In this document: positions 26,930-36,958 of the stretch, piece by piece
Layout of the letters: each line of letters opens with the position of its first letter
Numbering within the stretch: the first letter of the stretch is position 1
Origin: Candidatus Omnitrophota bacterium
GTDB lineage: Bacteria; Omnitrophota; Gorgyraeia; JAFGHF01
Assembly (NCBI GenBank): GCA_020341815.1
Contig: CP070837.1
Coordinates: forward strand, 465,743 to 529,742
DNA: 64,000 nucleotides
Direction: 5' to 3'
Program-made: the position numbers and the translations under genes
Notes under the pieces: model-generated
Seen by the model: only the letters and a program-made list of their open reading frames with translations
What the model was told of the DNA's origin: nothing
Databases searched by the model: none

Positions 26930-27928
26930 TTAAGTCTTAAGATTGGGCTGAACCTCAAGGTTTAAATTAGAAATTATACCCCTTCGGTAAAGCTGATATC
27001 CTAATCCTGCAACCATAGCCGCATTATCCTGACAAAGTGGACTTTGAGGAAAATGTACAGCTATGCCCCGGCTCATCAAGGTCTCCTCCAAGGCCTCTCT
27101 TAAGCGCCGGTTCATTATTACTCCTCCACCCACAACAAAGCTCTTTACTCTCTTAAAAAGACAGGCCCTGAGCGCCTTCTCTCTCAACATATCTACTGCC
27201 GCTTCCTGAAAACTCGCCGCAATATCTGCAATCTCACGCCCCGTCTTCTTTATAGTCTTATCCTTTACGTAATACAGGAGCGCCGTCTTTAATCCGCTAA
27301 AACTGAAATCCAGGCTTTCTTTACCCAAATAAGCCCGGGAAAACTTTATCCTGTCTCTACATCCGCCCTTGGCCTTCTTTTCTATAATTGGGCCCCCGGG
27401 ATATCCCAGGTTTAAAATCTTGGCTGCCTTATCAAAGGCCTCGCCTGCGGCATCATCGAGCGTGCTTCCCAGTATCTTCCATTTTAAAAAATCTTTAACG
27501 TAAAAAAGCGTGGTGTGCCCCCCGGAAACAACCAAACCCACAAAGGGAAAGCGCAAAGAATTCTGCATCAGACCCGCATATAAATGGGCCTGCAAATGAT
27601 TTATCCCCACTAAGGGCACATTTAAAGACAGACTCAAAGCCTTTGCCAGGGAAACGCCGATAAGCAAAGCCCCTACCAGACCCGGACCATAAACTACGGA
27701 TATCAAATCAATGTCACTTAATTTAACCTTTGCCTTATCCAGTGCCCTGGCCAAAACGTAATTGATAAGCTCCACATGATGACGGGTGGCTATCTCAGGA
27801 ACAACGCCGCCGTACTTCTTGTGTAAATGCAGGCTTGAAGCAACCTCATTAGACAAGATTTTTCTGCCATTTTCCACCAGAGAAACCGCCGTCTCATCAC
27901 AAGAAGTCTCAATACCCAATACCAGCAT
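26930..27928 (-). CDS. tsaD: tRNA N6-adenosine threonylcarbamoyltransferase
   Basis: 332 aa; MLVLGIETSCDETAVSLV...HHVELINY... and the Kae1/TsaD metal-binding HxxH region. Confidence 0.9.
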   Translation of the reverse strand: MLVLGIETSCDETAVSLVENGRKILSNEVASSLHLHKKYGGVVPEIATRHHVELINYVLARALDKAKVKLSDIDLISVVYGPGLVGALLIGVSLAKALSLSLNVPLVGINHLQAHLYAGLMQNSLRFPFVGLVVSGGHTTLFYVKDFLKWKILGSTLDDAAGEAFDKAAKILNLGYPGGPIIEKKAKGGCRDRIKFSRAYLGKESLDFSFSGLKTALLYYVKDKTIKKTGREIADIAASFQEAAVDMLREKALRACLFKRVKSFVVGGGVIMNRRLREALEETLMSRGIAVHFPQSPLCQDNAAMVAGLGYQLYRRGIISNLNLEVQPNLKT

Positions 27929-27930
27929 AT

Positions 27931-28701
27931 CTATTCCGCCAGCTCCGAAACAAAGACAAACTCGATTCCTTCTGCCTGCATCTGTGGAATCATATCTTTC
28001 AATACCTTCAAGGTGGTAACCTTGGGGTGGCCGATGCCTACAGCCTGTCCTTTCCTCCGGGCAAAATCGCCAAGCTTCTCAACCTGTCCCTTGATATAGT
28101 CGTAGCTATCCAGATTATCCAGGAAGATATTGCGCCTTGCAAACTTAATTTTCATCTTTGCAGCCAGTTCTTTGCAGACAGACTTATTCGTTACTAAATT
28201 ATCCAAAAAGAAAAGTTCTCTTTTTTTCAATTCGGCAAAGGTGGTAGACATAAGTCGCACATCCCCTGTTGCGCACGAGCCCATATGATTGGAGACGCCA
28301 CAGGCATAAGGCACCGATGCAAAAGCAAGCTCAATATTTTTGATAATCTCCTCATCCGGCATATCGGAGGTAATAGTGTGTTCTTCCAGGCCTATTTTTC
28401 TCCCTGCCTCTTCAGGTTCAAGAGGCAGATGTAGAATAATTTCTTTGTCATAACTCTTAGCGGCCTCGGCTATCTCGGATGAATAGTTCAAGTTAGGCAG
28501 GACAGATACAGTAATCGGAGCATCGATCTGTTTTAAAAGATTAAGGCAGCGTAAATTGTATCCCCAGTCGTCAATAATTATAGCGACTTTCGGGCGGGCT
28601 TCTTCTCTGGGTTTTAAGAAAATATTTTTTAGAGAAAAGACCAAAGCCGATATTGCTATAATAGCTAATAATATGGATAAAATTAAAATATTCTTTTTCA
28701 T
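27931..28701 (-). CDS. divergent polysaccharide deacetylase family protein (YibQ-like)
   Basis: 256 aa; N-terminal TM/signal. VAIIIDDWGYN...ITVSVLP...EIILHLPLEP pattern of the YibQ/DUF610 family. Confidence 0.65.
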   Translation of the reverse strand: MKKNILILSILLAIIAISALVFSLKNIFLKPREEARPKVAIIIDDWGYNLRCLNLLKQIDAPITVSVLPNLNYSSEIAEAAKSYDKEIILHLPLEPEEAGRKIGLEEHTITSDMPDEEIIKNIELAFASVPYACGVSNHMGSCATGDVRLMSTTFAELKKRELFFLDNLVTNKSVCKELAAKMKIKFARRNIFLDNLDSYDYIKGQVEKLGDFARRKGQAVGIGHPKVTTLKVLKDMIPQMQAEGIEFVFVSELAE

Positions 28702-28714
28702 AGCAAAATTCCCT

Positions 28715-30052
28715 CTACAAAGCCTCTCGTTCCTTATAAAGCATAAGGCCTTTCAGTAAATCCACCGCACGCACCAGCTGATTATCGTAAAAACCCTCAT
28801 TGCGCATAAAATCCTGCAGGGCAATCTTTATCTCCTTCGTTTCTTTGGGAATAGGTACCTTTTCCTCTTCTTTTTTTATTTTCTCAAATACCGTCTCCTC
28901 CTCGGTGGGCTCTTTAAATTCCCGCTCTTCAAATTTAACCTCTACATCGGGCTCTATCCCTTCCTCATGAATACAGCGGCCGCTGGGGGTAAAATATTTA
29001 CTGGTGGTCAACCGCAGGGCCGAGCCGTCAGTCAGGGGTATAACCGTCTGCACAGAACCTTTACCGAAGGTCTTCGTCCCTAAAAGTATTCCCCTTTTGT
29101 AATCCTGAATAGCCCCGGCAACAATCTCCGAGCCGCTGGCGCTGCCCTTGCTTATCAAAACAACTAAAGGATATTCGCGATGCTTAGTTGTCGGCCTTGA
29201 GCGAAACACCATATCCTGCTGGGCCTTTCGTCCGCGCGTAGATACTATTATTTTTCCGGAAGGGACAAACTTCTCCGTAACTTTCACAGCCGAATCCAGG
29301 AGCCCTCCGGGATTATTACGCAGGTCCAAAATCAAGCTTTGCATGCCAAGTTTTTCTAAACTGCGCAGAGATTTCTCAAGCTCCTGGGGACTTCTTTCCT
29401 GAAACTCGGATAACCTGATATAGCCGATATCGCCTTCAAATAATTTTGCCCGGCGAATGCTTTTAATCTTAATAATATCTCTAACGATAGTAAAATCCAG
29501 AAGCTTCTCCGCCCCCTCCCGCATTATAGTTACCTTAACGGAAGAGCCGGGCTTACCGCGTAATTTCTTTACCGCTTCCATCAGGGTAATGTCTCTGGTA
29601 ATCTCATCTTCTATCTTTACTATTCTGTCATCGGCCTTGAGTCCCGCCTTATAAGCAGGTGTATCATCAATAGGGGCAACAACTGTGAGTAATCCATCCT
29701 TGATGGCAATTTCAATACCCAGCCCGCCGAACTCGCCTTCGGTCTCCACCTTAACTTCCTTATATTCATCGGGCTCTAAAAATTGACTATAAGGGTCCAG
29801 GGACTTAAGCATCCCTTTTAAGGCGCCGTAAATTAATTCTTTATAACTGGTCTCCTCCGCATAGTCAGAACGAATTAGGGTAAGGGCATCGGTAAACAAC
29901 TCGATATCTTTATAAAAGTCATCGTTAGAGCTGGCCTTTATCTCCGGCTCAGCCGCTAAAGATTGTCTGCCTTCCTCACTAACTACCAATTGAGTCTGAA
30001 GGACAAAGATTGCGCCTATAATAATCAAACAAAAGATTAATATCTTACGCAT
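28715..30052 (-). CDS. ctpA: carboxyl-terminal processing protease (S41A) with PDZ domain
   Basis: 445 aa; signal peptide, PDZ, catalytic GSASGSEIVAGAIQD and TFGKGSVQ motifs. Confidence 0.85.
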   Translation of the reverse strand: MRKILIFCLIIIGAIFVLQTQLVVSEEGRQSLAAEPEIKASSNDDFYKDIELFTDALTLIRSDYAEETSYKELIYGALKGMLKSLDPYSQFLEPDEYKEVKVETEGEFGGLGIEIAIKDGLLTVVAPIDDTPAYKAGLKADDRIVKIEDEITRDITLMEAVKKLRGKPGSSVKVTIMREGAEKLLDFTIVRDIIKIKSIRRAKLFEGDIGYIRLSEFQERSPQELEKSLRSLEKLGMQSLILDLRNNPGGLLDSAVKVTEKFVPSGKIIVSTRGRKAQQDMVFRSRPTTKHREYPLVVLISKGSASGSEIVAGAIQDYKRGILLGTKTFGKGSVQTVIPLTDGSALRLTTSKYFTPSGRCIHEEGIEPDVEVKFEEREFKEPTEEETVFEKIKKEEEKVPIPKETKEIKIALQDFMRNEGFYDNQLVRAVDLLKGLMLYKEREAL

Positions 30053-31481
30053 TGCCTCTCCTTTCCAACTGCTCCTTTAATATTTTATTGGCCACCTTAG
30101 GATTAGCCTTGCCGCGGCTTACGCGCATAATCTGTCCCACTAAAAATGTAAAGGCACTGGTCTTGCCTTGATAATAGTCGCCTGCCGCCTTAGGGTTTTC
30201 TTTAATCACCCGCTCAACAATCGTTTCTATTTCTTTTGTATCAGTAACCTGCACCAGGCCTTTTTCTTTTACAATATCACGGGGCTCTTTTTTGCTCTCC
30301 AGGGCTTCGGGCAGGATTTCCTTGGCCAGCTTTCCGCTGATTGAGCCTTCATCCATCATTTCAAGAATACTCACGAAACTCTTAGGCTTAAGCTCCAGAT
30401 AACGGATATCTATATTACGCTTATTTAAATGCGCTAATAATTCCGTCATTATCCAGTTGCTTACTATCTTGGTCTTATCGTATAACTGCACGCATTGTTC
30501 AAAATAATCCGCCAGATATTTATCGGCGGTCAATACCGCCGCATCATATCGAGGAATATTATATTCGCGCGCAAAACGCTCGGCTCTTGCCTGAGGCAGC
30601 TCCGGTAAAGACTCTCTGATTTTCTTTATATAGTCTTCATCCAGAATAAAAGGAACCAAATCCGGCTCCGGGAAATAACGATAATCGTGGGCCTCTTCCT
30701 TGCTGCGCATTGAAACCGTAACATTTTTAACCGCATCCCAGAGACGGGTCTCCTGGGTAATCTTTTTTTTCTTATCCAGAAGCTCTGCCTGCCGCTTAAT
30801 TTCATATTCTAACGCCTGCTTTACCCCTTTGAAAGAGTTCATATTTTTCAGCTCGACCTTATCCCCCAGGGCGCCTCCTGCTGATTTAAGAGACACATTG
30901 GCATCGCAGCGCAGGGAACCTTCTTCCATATTGCAATCGGAGACTTCCAGATATTCCAGTATTGCCTTAAGCCGCAGAAGATAGTCGTAGGCCTCTTCTG
31001 CCGAGTCTATATCCGGCTCACTGACAATTTCCAAAAGAGGAGTGCCGCTGCGGTTAAAATCGACCATGCTCATCTTGCCCTTTTCCGGATGGACCAATTT
31101 TCCCGCGTCCTCCTCCAGATGCACTCGCCTGATCCTTATCTTTTTCCGGCCGCTTTCACTATCAATGAAAAGCGCGCCGTTGTGAGATAAGGGTAAATCA
31201 TACTGGGAAATCTGAAAGTTTTTGGGCAAATCCGGATAAAAGTAATTCTTGCGGTCAAACTTTATAAACTTGGAAACCTCACAATCTAAAGCCAAGGCCG
31301 CCTTCAGGGAAAGCTTGAGCGCTGCTTCATTTAAAACCGGCAGGCTCCCCGGAAAACCCAGACATACCGGGCACGTTTGACTGTTGGGGCTCTGTCCGAA
31401 TTTTATCGAGCAGCCGCAAAAACATTTGCTCTTGGTATCTAACTGCACGTGAACCTCTAAACCGATAACCGGCTGATACAT
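30045..31481 (-). CDS. gatB: Asp-tRNA(Asn)/Glu-tRNA(Gln) amidotransferase subunit B
   Basis: 478 aa; N-terminus MYQPVIGLEVHVQLDTKSKCFCGC; C-terminal GatB/YqeY domain. Confidence 0.9.
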   Translation of the reverse strand: MYQPVIGLEVHVQLDTKSKCFCGCSIKFGQSPNSQTCPVCLGFPGSLPVLNEAALKLSLKAALALDCEVSKFIKFDRKNYFYPDLPKNFQISQYDLPLSHNGALFIDSESGRKKIRIRRVHLEEDAGKLVHPEKGKMSMVDFNRSGTPLLEIVSEPDIDSAEEAYDYLLRLKAILEYLEVSDCNMEEGSLRCDANVSLKSAGGALGDKVELKNMNSFKGVKQALEYEIKRQAELLDKKKKITQETRLWDAVKNVTVSMRSKEEAHDYRYFPEPDLVPFILDEDYIKKIRESLPELPQARAERFAREYNIPRYDAAVLTADKYLADYFEQCVQLYDKTKIVSNWIMTELLAHLNKRNIDIRYLELKPKSFVSILEMMDEGSISGKLAKEILPEALESKKEPRDIVKEKGLVQVTDTKEIETIVERVIKENPKAAGDYYQGKTSAFTFLVGQIMRVSRGKANPKVANKILKEQLERRGNA

Positions 31482-31485
31482 TGTA

Positions 31486-32934
31486 TTAGAGCTCCGGTTT
31501 CTTCAGGTGATAGTCTGTATTCTGCTCAAATGTGTAGGCACCTCTTAAAAGCACCTCTTCCTCAAATGCCCTGGCAATAAATTGTAAGCCGATGGGCAGG
31601 CCCTTCTCGTTGAACCCGCAAGGCACAGATATTGCCGGAAGCCCGGCCAAATTAACCGAAATAGTATAGATATCGGAAAGATACATAGCCAGGGGATTAT
31701 CTATTCTTTCTCCAATCTTAAAGGCCGCAGTAGGTGAAGTAGGAGTAACGATGCAATCGCAATCCTTAAAGGCGCGGTCAAAGTCTTCTTTAATCAGGCG
31801 TCTGGCCTTTAATGCCCTCAAATAATAGGCATCATAATATCCGCTGGAGAGAGCATAAGTTCCCAGAATAATCCTGCGCTTGGCCTCCTCGCCAAAGCCC
31901 TCACCCCTGGTCTTTGCATACATATCCAACAGGTTATCAAAGTCTGAGGCTCTATGTCCGTACTGCACACCGTCAAAACGGGCCAGATTGGAGCTGGCTT
32001 CTGCGGTGGCTATAATGTAATAATCCGCTACTGCATATCCGGTATGCGGCAGAGAAATCTCTTTAACCTGCGCGCCTAATTTCCTCAGTAAACCTAAGGC
32101 GGTTTCCACTGAATCCTTAACCTCTGTATTCAACCCTTTAGCAAAATATTCTTTAGGATAACCTATTCTAAGACCGTTGACATTATTTACAAGTGCCTTT
32201 GTATAATCAGGAACTTTTACGTCTGCGCAGGTTGAGTCCTGCCCGTCATGCCCCGAAATTACATTCAGAAGAATAGCCGCATCTTGAACATCTTTGGCAA
32301 GCGGCCCGATTTGATCTAAAGAAGAGGCAAAGGCAATCAAGCCGTAGCGGGAAACTCGTCCATAAGTAGGCTTAAAGCCCACCACTCCGCATAGGCTTGC
32401 CGGCTGGCGAATTGAGCCGCCGGTATCCGACCCCAGAGCCAGAATAGTTTCATCTGCGGCAACAGAAGCAGCAGAACCGCCGCTTGAGCCGCCGGGGATT
32501 CTTTTTAAATCCCAGGGGTTGTGCGTAGGCCCGTAACAGGAAGTCTCGCACGATGAGCCAAAAGCAAACTCATCCATATTGCCCTTGGCAAATATTATTG
32601 CCCCTTCCTGCTTTAAGCGCCTGACGCAGGTGGCATCATACGGAGGTTTAAAACCCTTCAATATCCGCGAGCTACAGGTAGTATCCTGCCCCTGGACGCA
32701 GATATTATCTTTGATTACAACCGGTATGCCAAAGAGCGCGCCATGCGAAGTGCGTTTCTCTAACTCTGCGCACTGCCTCAAGACGTCCTTCTCATCTAAA
32801 AAGCAGAAGGCCTTAACCTTTTTTTCGGTTTTCTTTATTCTCTTCAGTAAATCCTGGGCGATTTCCTTAGGTGAAGTCTTTTTCTGCGCTATTAAGTCGC
32901 TAAGCTGATGAGCTGTAAGGCGATGCAATTCCAT
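31486..32934 (-). CDS. gatA: Glu-tRNA(Gln) amidotransferase subunit A (amidase)
   Basis: 482 aa; amidase signature GGSSGGSAASVAA; Ser-cisSer-Lys triad context. Confidence 0.9.
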   Translation of the reverse strand: MELHRLTAHQLSDLIAQKKTSPKEIAQDLLKRIKKTEKKVKAFCFLDEKDVLRQCAELEKRTSHGALFGIPVVIKDNICVQGQDTTCSSRILKGFKPPYDATCVRRLKQEGAIIFAKGNMDEFAFGSSCETSCYGPTHNPWDLKRIPGGSSGGSAASVAADETILALGSDTGGSIRQPASLCGVVGFKPTYGRVSRYGLIAFASSLDQIGPLAKDVQDAAILLNVISGHDGQDSTCADVKVPDYTKALVNNVNGLRIGYPKEYFAKGLNTEVKDSVETALGLLRKLGAQVKEISLPHTGYAVADYYIIATAEASSNLARFDGVQYGHRASDFDNLLDMYAKTRGEGFGEEAKRRIILGTYALSSGYYDAYYLRALKARRLIKEDFDRAFKDCDCIVTPTSPTAAFKIGERIDNPLAMYLSDIYTISVNLAGLPAISVPCGFNEKGLPIGLQFIARAFEEEVLLRGAYTFEQNTDYHLKKPEL

Positions 32935-32936
32935 AA

Positions 32937-33209
32937 TTATTCGATTATCCTGGGCACGCTAAAGTTGTTTCCGGCGGCATGAGGGGCATTAGCCAGGACC
33001 TTCTCCTGCGGCAGCGAGGGCCTAACTTCATCCCGGCGAAAGACATTTTTCAAAGGAAGGACATGGCTCATCGGCTCAACGGAAGAGATATTAAGCTCTT
33101 TCAGCTTTTCGATATAGGCCAAAATATCCCCCAATTGCGTGCTGAGCCTCTTTTTCTCCTGCTTATTCAATTCAATACGGGCAAGCTTAGCCACATACTC
33201 TATATCCAT
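32937..33209 (-). CDS. gatC: Glu-tRNA(Gln) amidotransferase subunit C
   Basis: 90 aa; MDIEYVAKLARIELNKQEKKRL; lies immediately upstream of gatA-gatB. Confidence 0.8.
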   Translation of the reverse strand: MDIEYVAKLARIELNKQEKKRLSTQLGDILAYIEKLKELNISSVEPMSHVLPLKNVFRRDEVRPSLPQEKVLANAPHAAGNNFSVPRIIE

Positions 33210-33319
33210 CGCCCCTTTATCTCCTAATTATATTATAATAGTGAGCATTATTTTATACTTCAAATCAAATTATCATAAAAAAATCCAAAAGTCAATCAAA
33301 ATAATGGCCTTGGTTCATA

Positions 33320-33383
33320 TTTCCAAAGTTTCGCTTTGGAAATATAAATACAAAAGCCGATTCTTGAATAAAATCGGCTTTAG
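33320..33383 (-). terminator. putative terminator hairpins downstream of the DUF2283/GH5 transcript
   Basis: CCAAAGtttcgCTTTGG, then AAAGCCGATTcttgaataaAATCGGCTTT, followed on the minus strand by a T-rich tract (tgtatttatattt). Confidence 0.4.
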
Positions 33384-33409
33384 GGTTTCTAATATATTTT
33401 GTTTATAAT

Positions 33410-33658
33410 TTAGGCAAATTGAAGCTGTCCAAAAAGGTGAGGGCTTATTAACTTTGCTTTTTCAGTTGAGAAATTACGAGCGAAATCGATAATAGTTAAT
33501 CCTAAAACATGATTGGTATTGGGATCGCGTCTAATGATAACACCGTTTTCCTCTATGTCAGATATAGCTTTTTTAGGAGCTCCGATGCTCAGATAGAGAA
33601 CGTCGGCTTCTTTGTCATAAGAAATCCTTAACTGAGAAGCTGTCTTTTGTCTATCCAT
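33410..33658 (-). CDS. DUF2283-family small protein
   Basis: 82 aa; ISYDKEADVLYLSI...VLGLTII pattern typical of DUF2283. Confidence 0.55.
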   Translation of the reverse strand: MDRQKTASQLRISYDKEADVLYLSIGAPKKAISDIEENGVIIRRDPNTNHVLGLTIIDFARNFSTEKAKLISPHLFGQLQFA

Positions 33659-33735
33659 CGTAAATCTCCTTTTTTAATTTTATCACTAACTTCTTATAAC
33701 TTAAACAGTTATACCCATTTTTCCAAAGCAAAACT

Positions 33736-34929
33736 TTATAAATACCGCCTTAATATTTTAGTAATATATCTATTTTCCCTAAACTTCTCCGTTTTCCAGG
33801 ATGAAGCAATTTCATGTTTATGTTTTTTCCAGAGCAAAGAATAGTTTTCCCAGCCGATAACAGGCCCTTCCCTTCTTACCCAGGGCGGGTTGGGCAGATA
33901 TTGATAAATGCCGTTGGGATAAACGGAAATATCCACGGTTTTATAAGTCCAGTAGGTCCAGTGGAAATTAAACTTCCTGAAACAATCCAGAACATCCCTT
34001 AAATATCTCAATTCCCCATAATATTTCGGCGCACGGAAGTTTATCCCGAACTCACCCACATAAATAGGTACCTGCCACTTTTGCTTAAGCTTGTGATACT
34101 CGGAAAGCATCCGGTAGACTTTTCTTTTGTCCCAGTATTTTCCCTCAATATATCCGGGGTATCTTAATTGACGCTGAAAATTAAAGGTAAAGTTTATCGG
34201 TTGATAAAAATGGATACTATAGGCGATATTTTCACCCTTTGGCTTTCCTAGGGGCTTAAGCTGCTGGCCCCAGAGATTTGCCTCTAAGAAAATTATGTGA
34301 TTTTTATCGACCTTCCTGATTTCCTTAACTACTCTTTGATAAAATCTGCATAAATCTTGAGGATTCTTTACCACTGCCTCATTGAGTACGTCATATCCGG
34401 CAATCGCGGGTTCATCCTTATAATGGCCGGCAATTTGCCGCCAGAGGGAAAAGCACTCTTCCTGAAATCTCTTTTTTTCCCAGAGAAGGACCTCACCACT
34501 TGAGTCGCTGTGCCAGTCGGGATTTTGCGCACCGGGAGCGGCGTGCAAGTCAAGGATACAATATAGTTTTGCTCTCTTACACCAACTTATCAGTCTATCC
34601 AGATAATCCCAGCCGTTATCCTGTTGGATGAGCCGATAGTTAAAAGGCGCGCGCAGACAATTCGCTCCCATCTTTTTGATCCGCAGGATGTCTTGATAAG
34701 TGATGAAGTTTTGCCGATATAAATATTTAAAGTTTTCTAATTCTTTTCTCCCATTGACCCGGGCAAATTCCTGTTTAACTTGATGGGCGGGGATATTGCG
34801 TCCGTGCAGGATGTAACCTTCCATCATCAGCCAGCCGCCCAGATTAACCCCGCGAAGATATATCCTTTTTCCTGAACAGTCGATGATATCTTTGCCTTCA
34901 ACGCGAAGCATCGATAATTTCCTATTCAA
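33736..34929 (-). CDS. glycoside hydrolase family 5 (cellulase-like)
   Basis: 397 aa; GANCLRAPF, LDLHAAPGAQN, catalytic acid/base in YDVLNEA and nucleophile in VGEFGI, the (beta/alpha)8 GH5 pattern. Table start is TTG; internal ATG (MLRVEGKD) has AGGA spacing. Confidence 0.75.
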   Translation of the reverse strand: MNRKLSMLRVEGKDIIDCSGKRIYLRGVNLGGWLMMEGYILHGRNIPAHQVKQEFARVNGRKELENFKYLYRQNFITYQDILRIKKMGANCLRAPFNYRLIQQDNGWDYLDRLISWCKRAKLYCILDLHAAPGAQNPDWHSDSSGEVLLWEKKRFQEECFSLWRQIAGHYKDEPAIAGYDVLNEAVVKNPQDLCRFYQRVVKEIRKVDKNHIIFLEANLWGQQLKPLGKPKGENIAYSIHFYQPINFTFNFQRQLRYPGYIEGKYWDKRKVYRMLSEYHKLKQKWQVPIYVGEFGINFRAPKYYGELRYLRDVLDCFRKFNFHWTYWTYKTVDISVYPNGIYQYLPNPPWVRREGPVIGWENYSLLWKKHKHEIASSWKTEKFRENRYITKILRRYL

Positions 34930-35145
34930 TCCCTACCCCCTTTAATGAGCACATCGCTTAGCGAACAAAGTGAAGCTAAGTGATAAGTGCGAATTGAACC
35001 CCGAACCAAAATACTGCCAAATATTACACTTTGGCAAAACTCGTGCCATATGGCATTAGTTCGCTCTTAGTTTCAACCATTGAAGTATTTTGGTACGGGG
35101 TAAGCTCGGACCTATAAGTTATGTCGCCTTAGATTAACTAAAGCT
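34930..35145 (-). repeat. structured repeat element, family C, copy 2
   Basis: Homologous to 22671-22883 (ttaatgagcac...gcgaattgaaccccgaaccaaaatactgccaa...tgccatatggcattag...ttcaaccattgaagtattttggtacggggtaag). Abuts the GH5 start. Confidence 0.6.
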
Positions 35146-35997
35146 TCATAACTTATGTCCTCGCTTATAAAAAGCATCTTCTATTCGAGCAAACTCCTCT
35201 AAAGAAAGATTTTCCGGACGCACCTTAATGTCTATATCTTTATCTTTCAGCATCTTCTGAATACTCTCTTTTTCTATCCCGGGTAATTTATGGCTTAAGG
35301 AATTGGGAATAGTCTTTCTGCGCTGATTAAAACAGCTATGGACAATTTTAAAAAATTGCTCCTGGTTATTCACCTTAACAGAAGGTTTTTTAAGGATGTG
35401 CAAATGGACAAAGACAGAATCTACCTTTGGCTGGGGATAAAAGGCCCTTTTGGGAATAGGAAAAAGAACTCTGCAATCCGTAAAATACTTAATCAGGATA
35501 GTAATTGCCGAATAATCCTTGCTGTTTTTCTCCGCCCTCAGGCGCTCTCCCACTTCGCGCTGAACCGTAATAAATATGTCATTTATATTTTCTCTCTGTT
35601 TCTCCAATAGATAGGTGATAATAGGAGTAGTAATATAATAAGGGAGGTTGCCTACGACCTTTAATTTATTTCTGGTAAACTTTTCCATATCTATCTCAAG
35701 GATATCTCCAGAGATAATTTCAACATTCTTATATCCCGATAATCTTTTCCGCAATATCTTAACCAAACCCCTGTCCTTTTCGATAGCCTTCAATCCTGCC
35801 CCGCTTTTAGAAAGCTCTTCCGTTAAGGCACCCAGACCCGGACCGATTTCTAAAATTTCATCGCCTGATTTTATACTTATTGCATTAATAATTTTTTCCT
35901 GTATATGTTTATCAACAAGAAAGTTCTGCCCCCGGCGTTTGCTGATAACAAGGCCTTCTTCTTTCAGAATAGTTTTGATTTCTCTGGAGCTTAGCAT
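35146..35997 (-). CDS. rsmA: 16S rRNA (adenine1518/1519-N6)-dimethyltransferase
   Basis: 283 aa; KRRGQNFLVD, EIGPGLGALTEEL, NLPYYITTPI, the KsgA/RsmA motifs. Confidence 0.9.
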   Translation of the reverse strand: MLSSREIKTILKEEGLVISKRRGQNFLVDKHIQEKIINAISIKSGDEILEIGPGLGALTEELSKSGAGLKAIEKDRGLVKILRKRLSGYKNVEIISGDILEIDMEKFTRNKLKVVGNLPYYITTPIITYLLEKQRENINDIFITVQREVGERLRAEKNSKDYSAITILIKYFTDCRVLFPIPKRAFYPQPKVDSVFVHLHILKKPSVKVNNQEQFFKIVHSCFNQRRKTIPNSLSHKLPGIEKESIQKMLKDKDIDIKVRPENLSLEEFARIEDAFYKRGHKL

Positions 35998-36004
35998 TTT
36001 ATCT

Positions 36005-36958
36005 TTAACGTATTTTAACTATATCTGCGGATGTTACGTGTTCTCTGAAGCCGCTATCCAGGCGCACGATTAACGCGCCCTCATCATCGATATCCTGGGC
36101 CTGGCCTTCAATAGTCTTGTGCGCCAAAAATACTTTTACGCGCCTGCCGGAGAAAGCCGAAAGGTTTTTCCACTCTCTAATTAAATCCTCAGCACCCCTG
36201 CGCTCAAAGTTACGATAGTGCTTATCCAAATGCTGCAGGAGCTCACGGGCCAGGTCCAGGCGGGAAAAGTCTCTTTTAGTCTCTTTGCGCAAGGTGCCTG
36301 CCTCGGGCGGCAATTTACTGCGCTCTACATTAATTCCGATACCCAAAATAATAAACTTTACTCTATTTCCCTCTGTCTCTATTTCGGTAAGTATGCCGCA
36401 GACCTTTTTATTATTCACCAGGATATCATTGGGCCATCTGATTAAGGCCTTTAAGCCGCACACGCTTCTTATGCTCTCGGCACAGCTGGCGGCTGCCAGA
36501 AGCGTAATAAGCGATGCTTCATTTGAGGAAATATGCGGGCGCAACACCAGAGAAAGATAAATACCTTTTGATGTTGGCGAAACCCAGCCTCTACCCCTGC
36601 GGCCCCTGCCCTTTTTCTGCCCCTCGGCAAAGACTGCCGTTCCGCAAGGAGCCCCTTGCCTGGCCAAAGAAAAGGCAGTGGTATTGGTGGAATCAACAAC
36701 GTTGTAGGAAAGCACTTTGCGGCCGATTATTTTTGTATTCAACTGCCACTTCACTTCAGAAGCCGCCAGCCTATCCGGAAGACCCACCAGTTTATATCCC
36801 AGGTGTGGCTGATGTTGGATATCATAGCCTTCATCGCCTAACTTGGAAATATGCCTGGCGAGAGTCGGCTTAGAAAGAGAAACCCTCCTGGCCAACTCTT
36901 CGGCAGAGGTAAACTTATCTCTATGAGTACGCAATATCTTTAGTATCTTCTCATCCAT
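36005..36958 (-). CDS. birA: bifunctional biotin-[acetyl-CoA-carboxylase] ligase / biotin operon repressor
   Basis: 317 aa; N-terminal HTH, BPL catalytic region (GRGRRGRGW), C-terminal SH3-like domain. Confidence 0.85.
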   Translation of the reverse strand: MDEKILKILRTHRDKFTSAEELARRVSLSKPTLARHISKLGDEGYDIQHQPHLGYKLVGLPDRLAASEVKWQLNTKIIGRKVLSYNVVDSTNTTAFSLARQGAPCGTAVFAEGQKKGRGRRGRGWVSPTSKGIYLSLVLRPHISSNEASLITLLAAASCAESIRSVCGLKALIRWPNDILVNNKKVCGILTEIETEGNRVKFIILGIGINVERSKLPPEAGTLRKETKRDFSRLDLARELLQHLDKHYRNFERRGAEDLIREWKNLSAFSGRRVKVFLAHKTIEGQAQDIDDEGALIVRLDSGFREHVTSADIVKIR

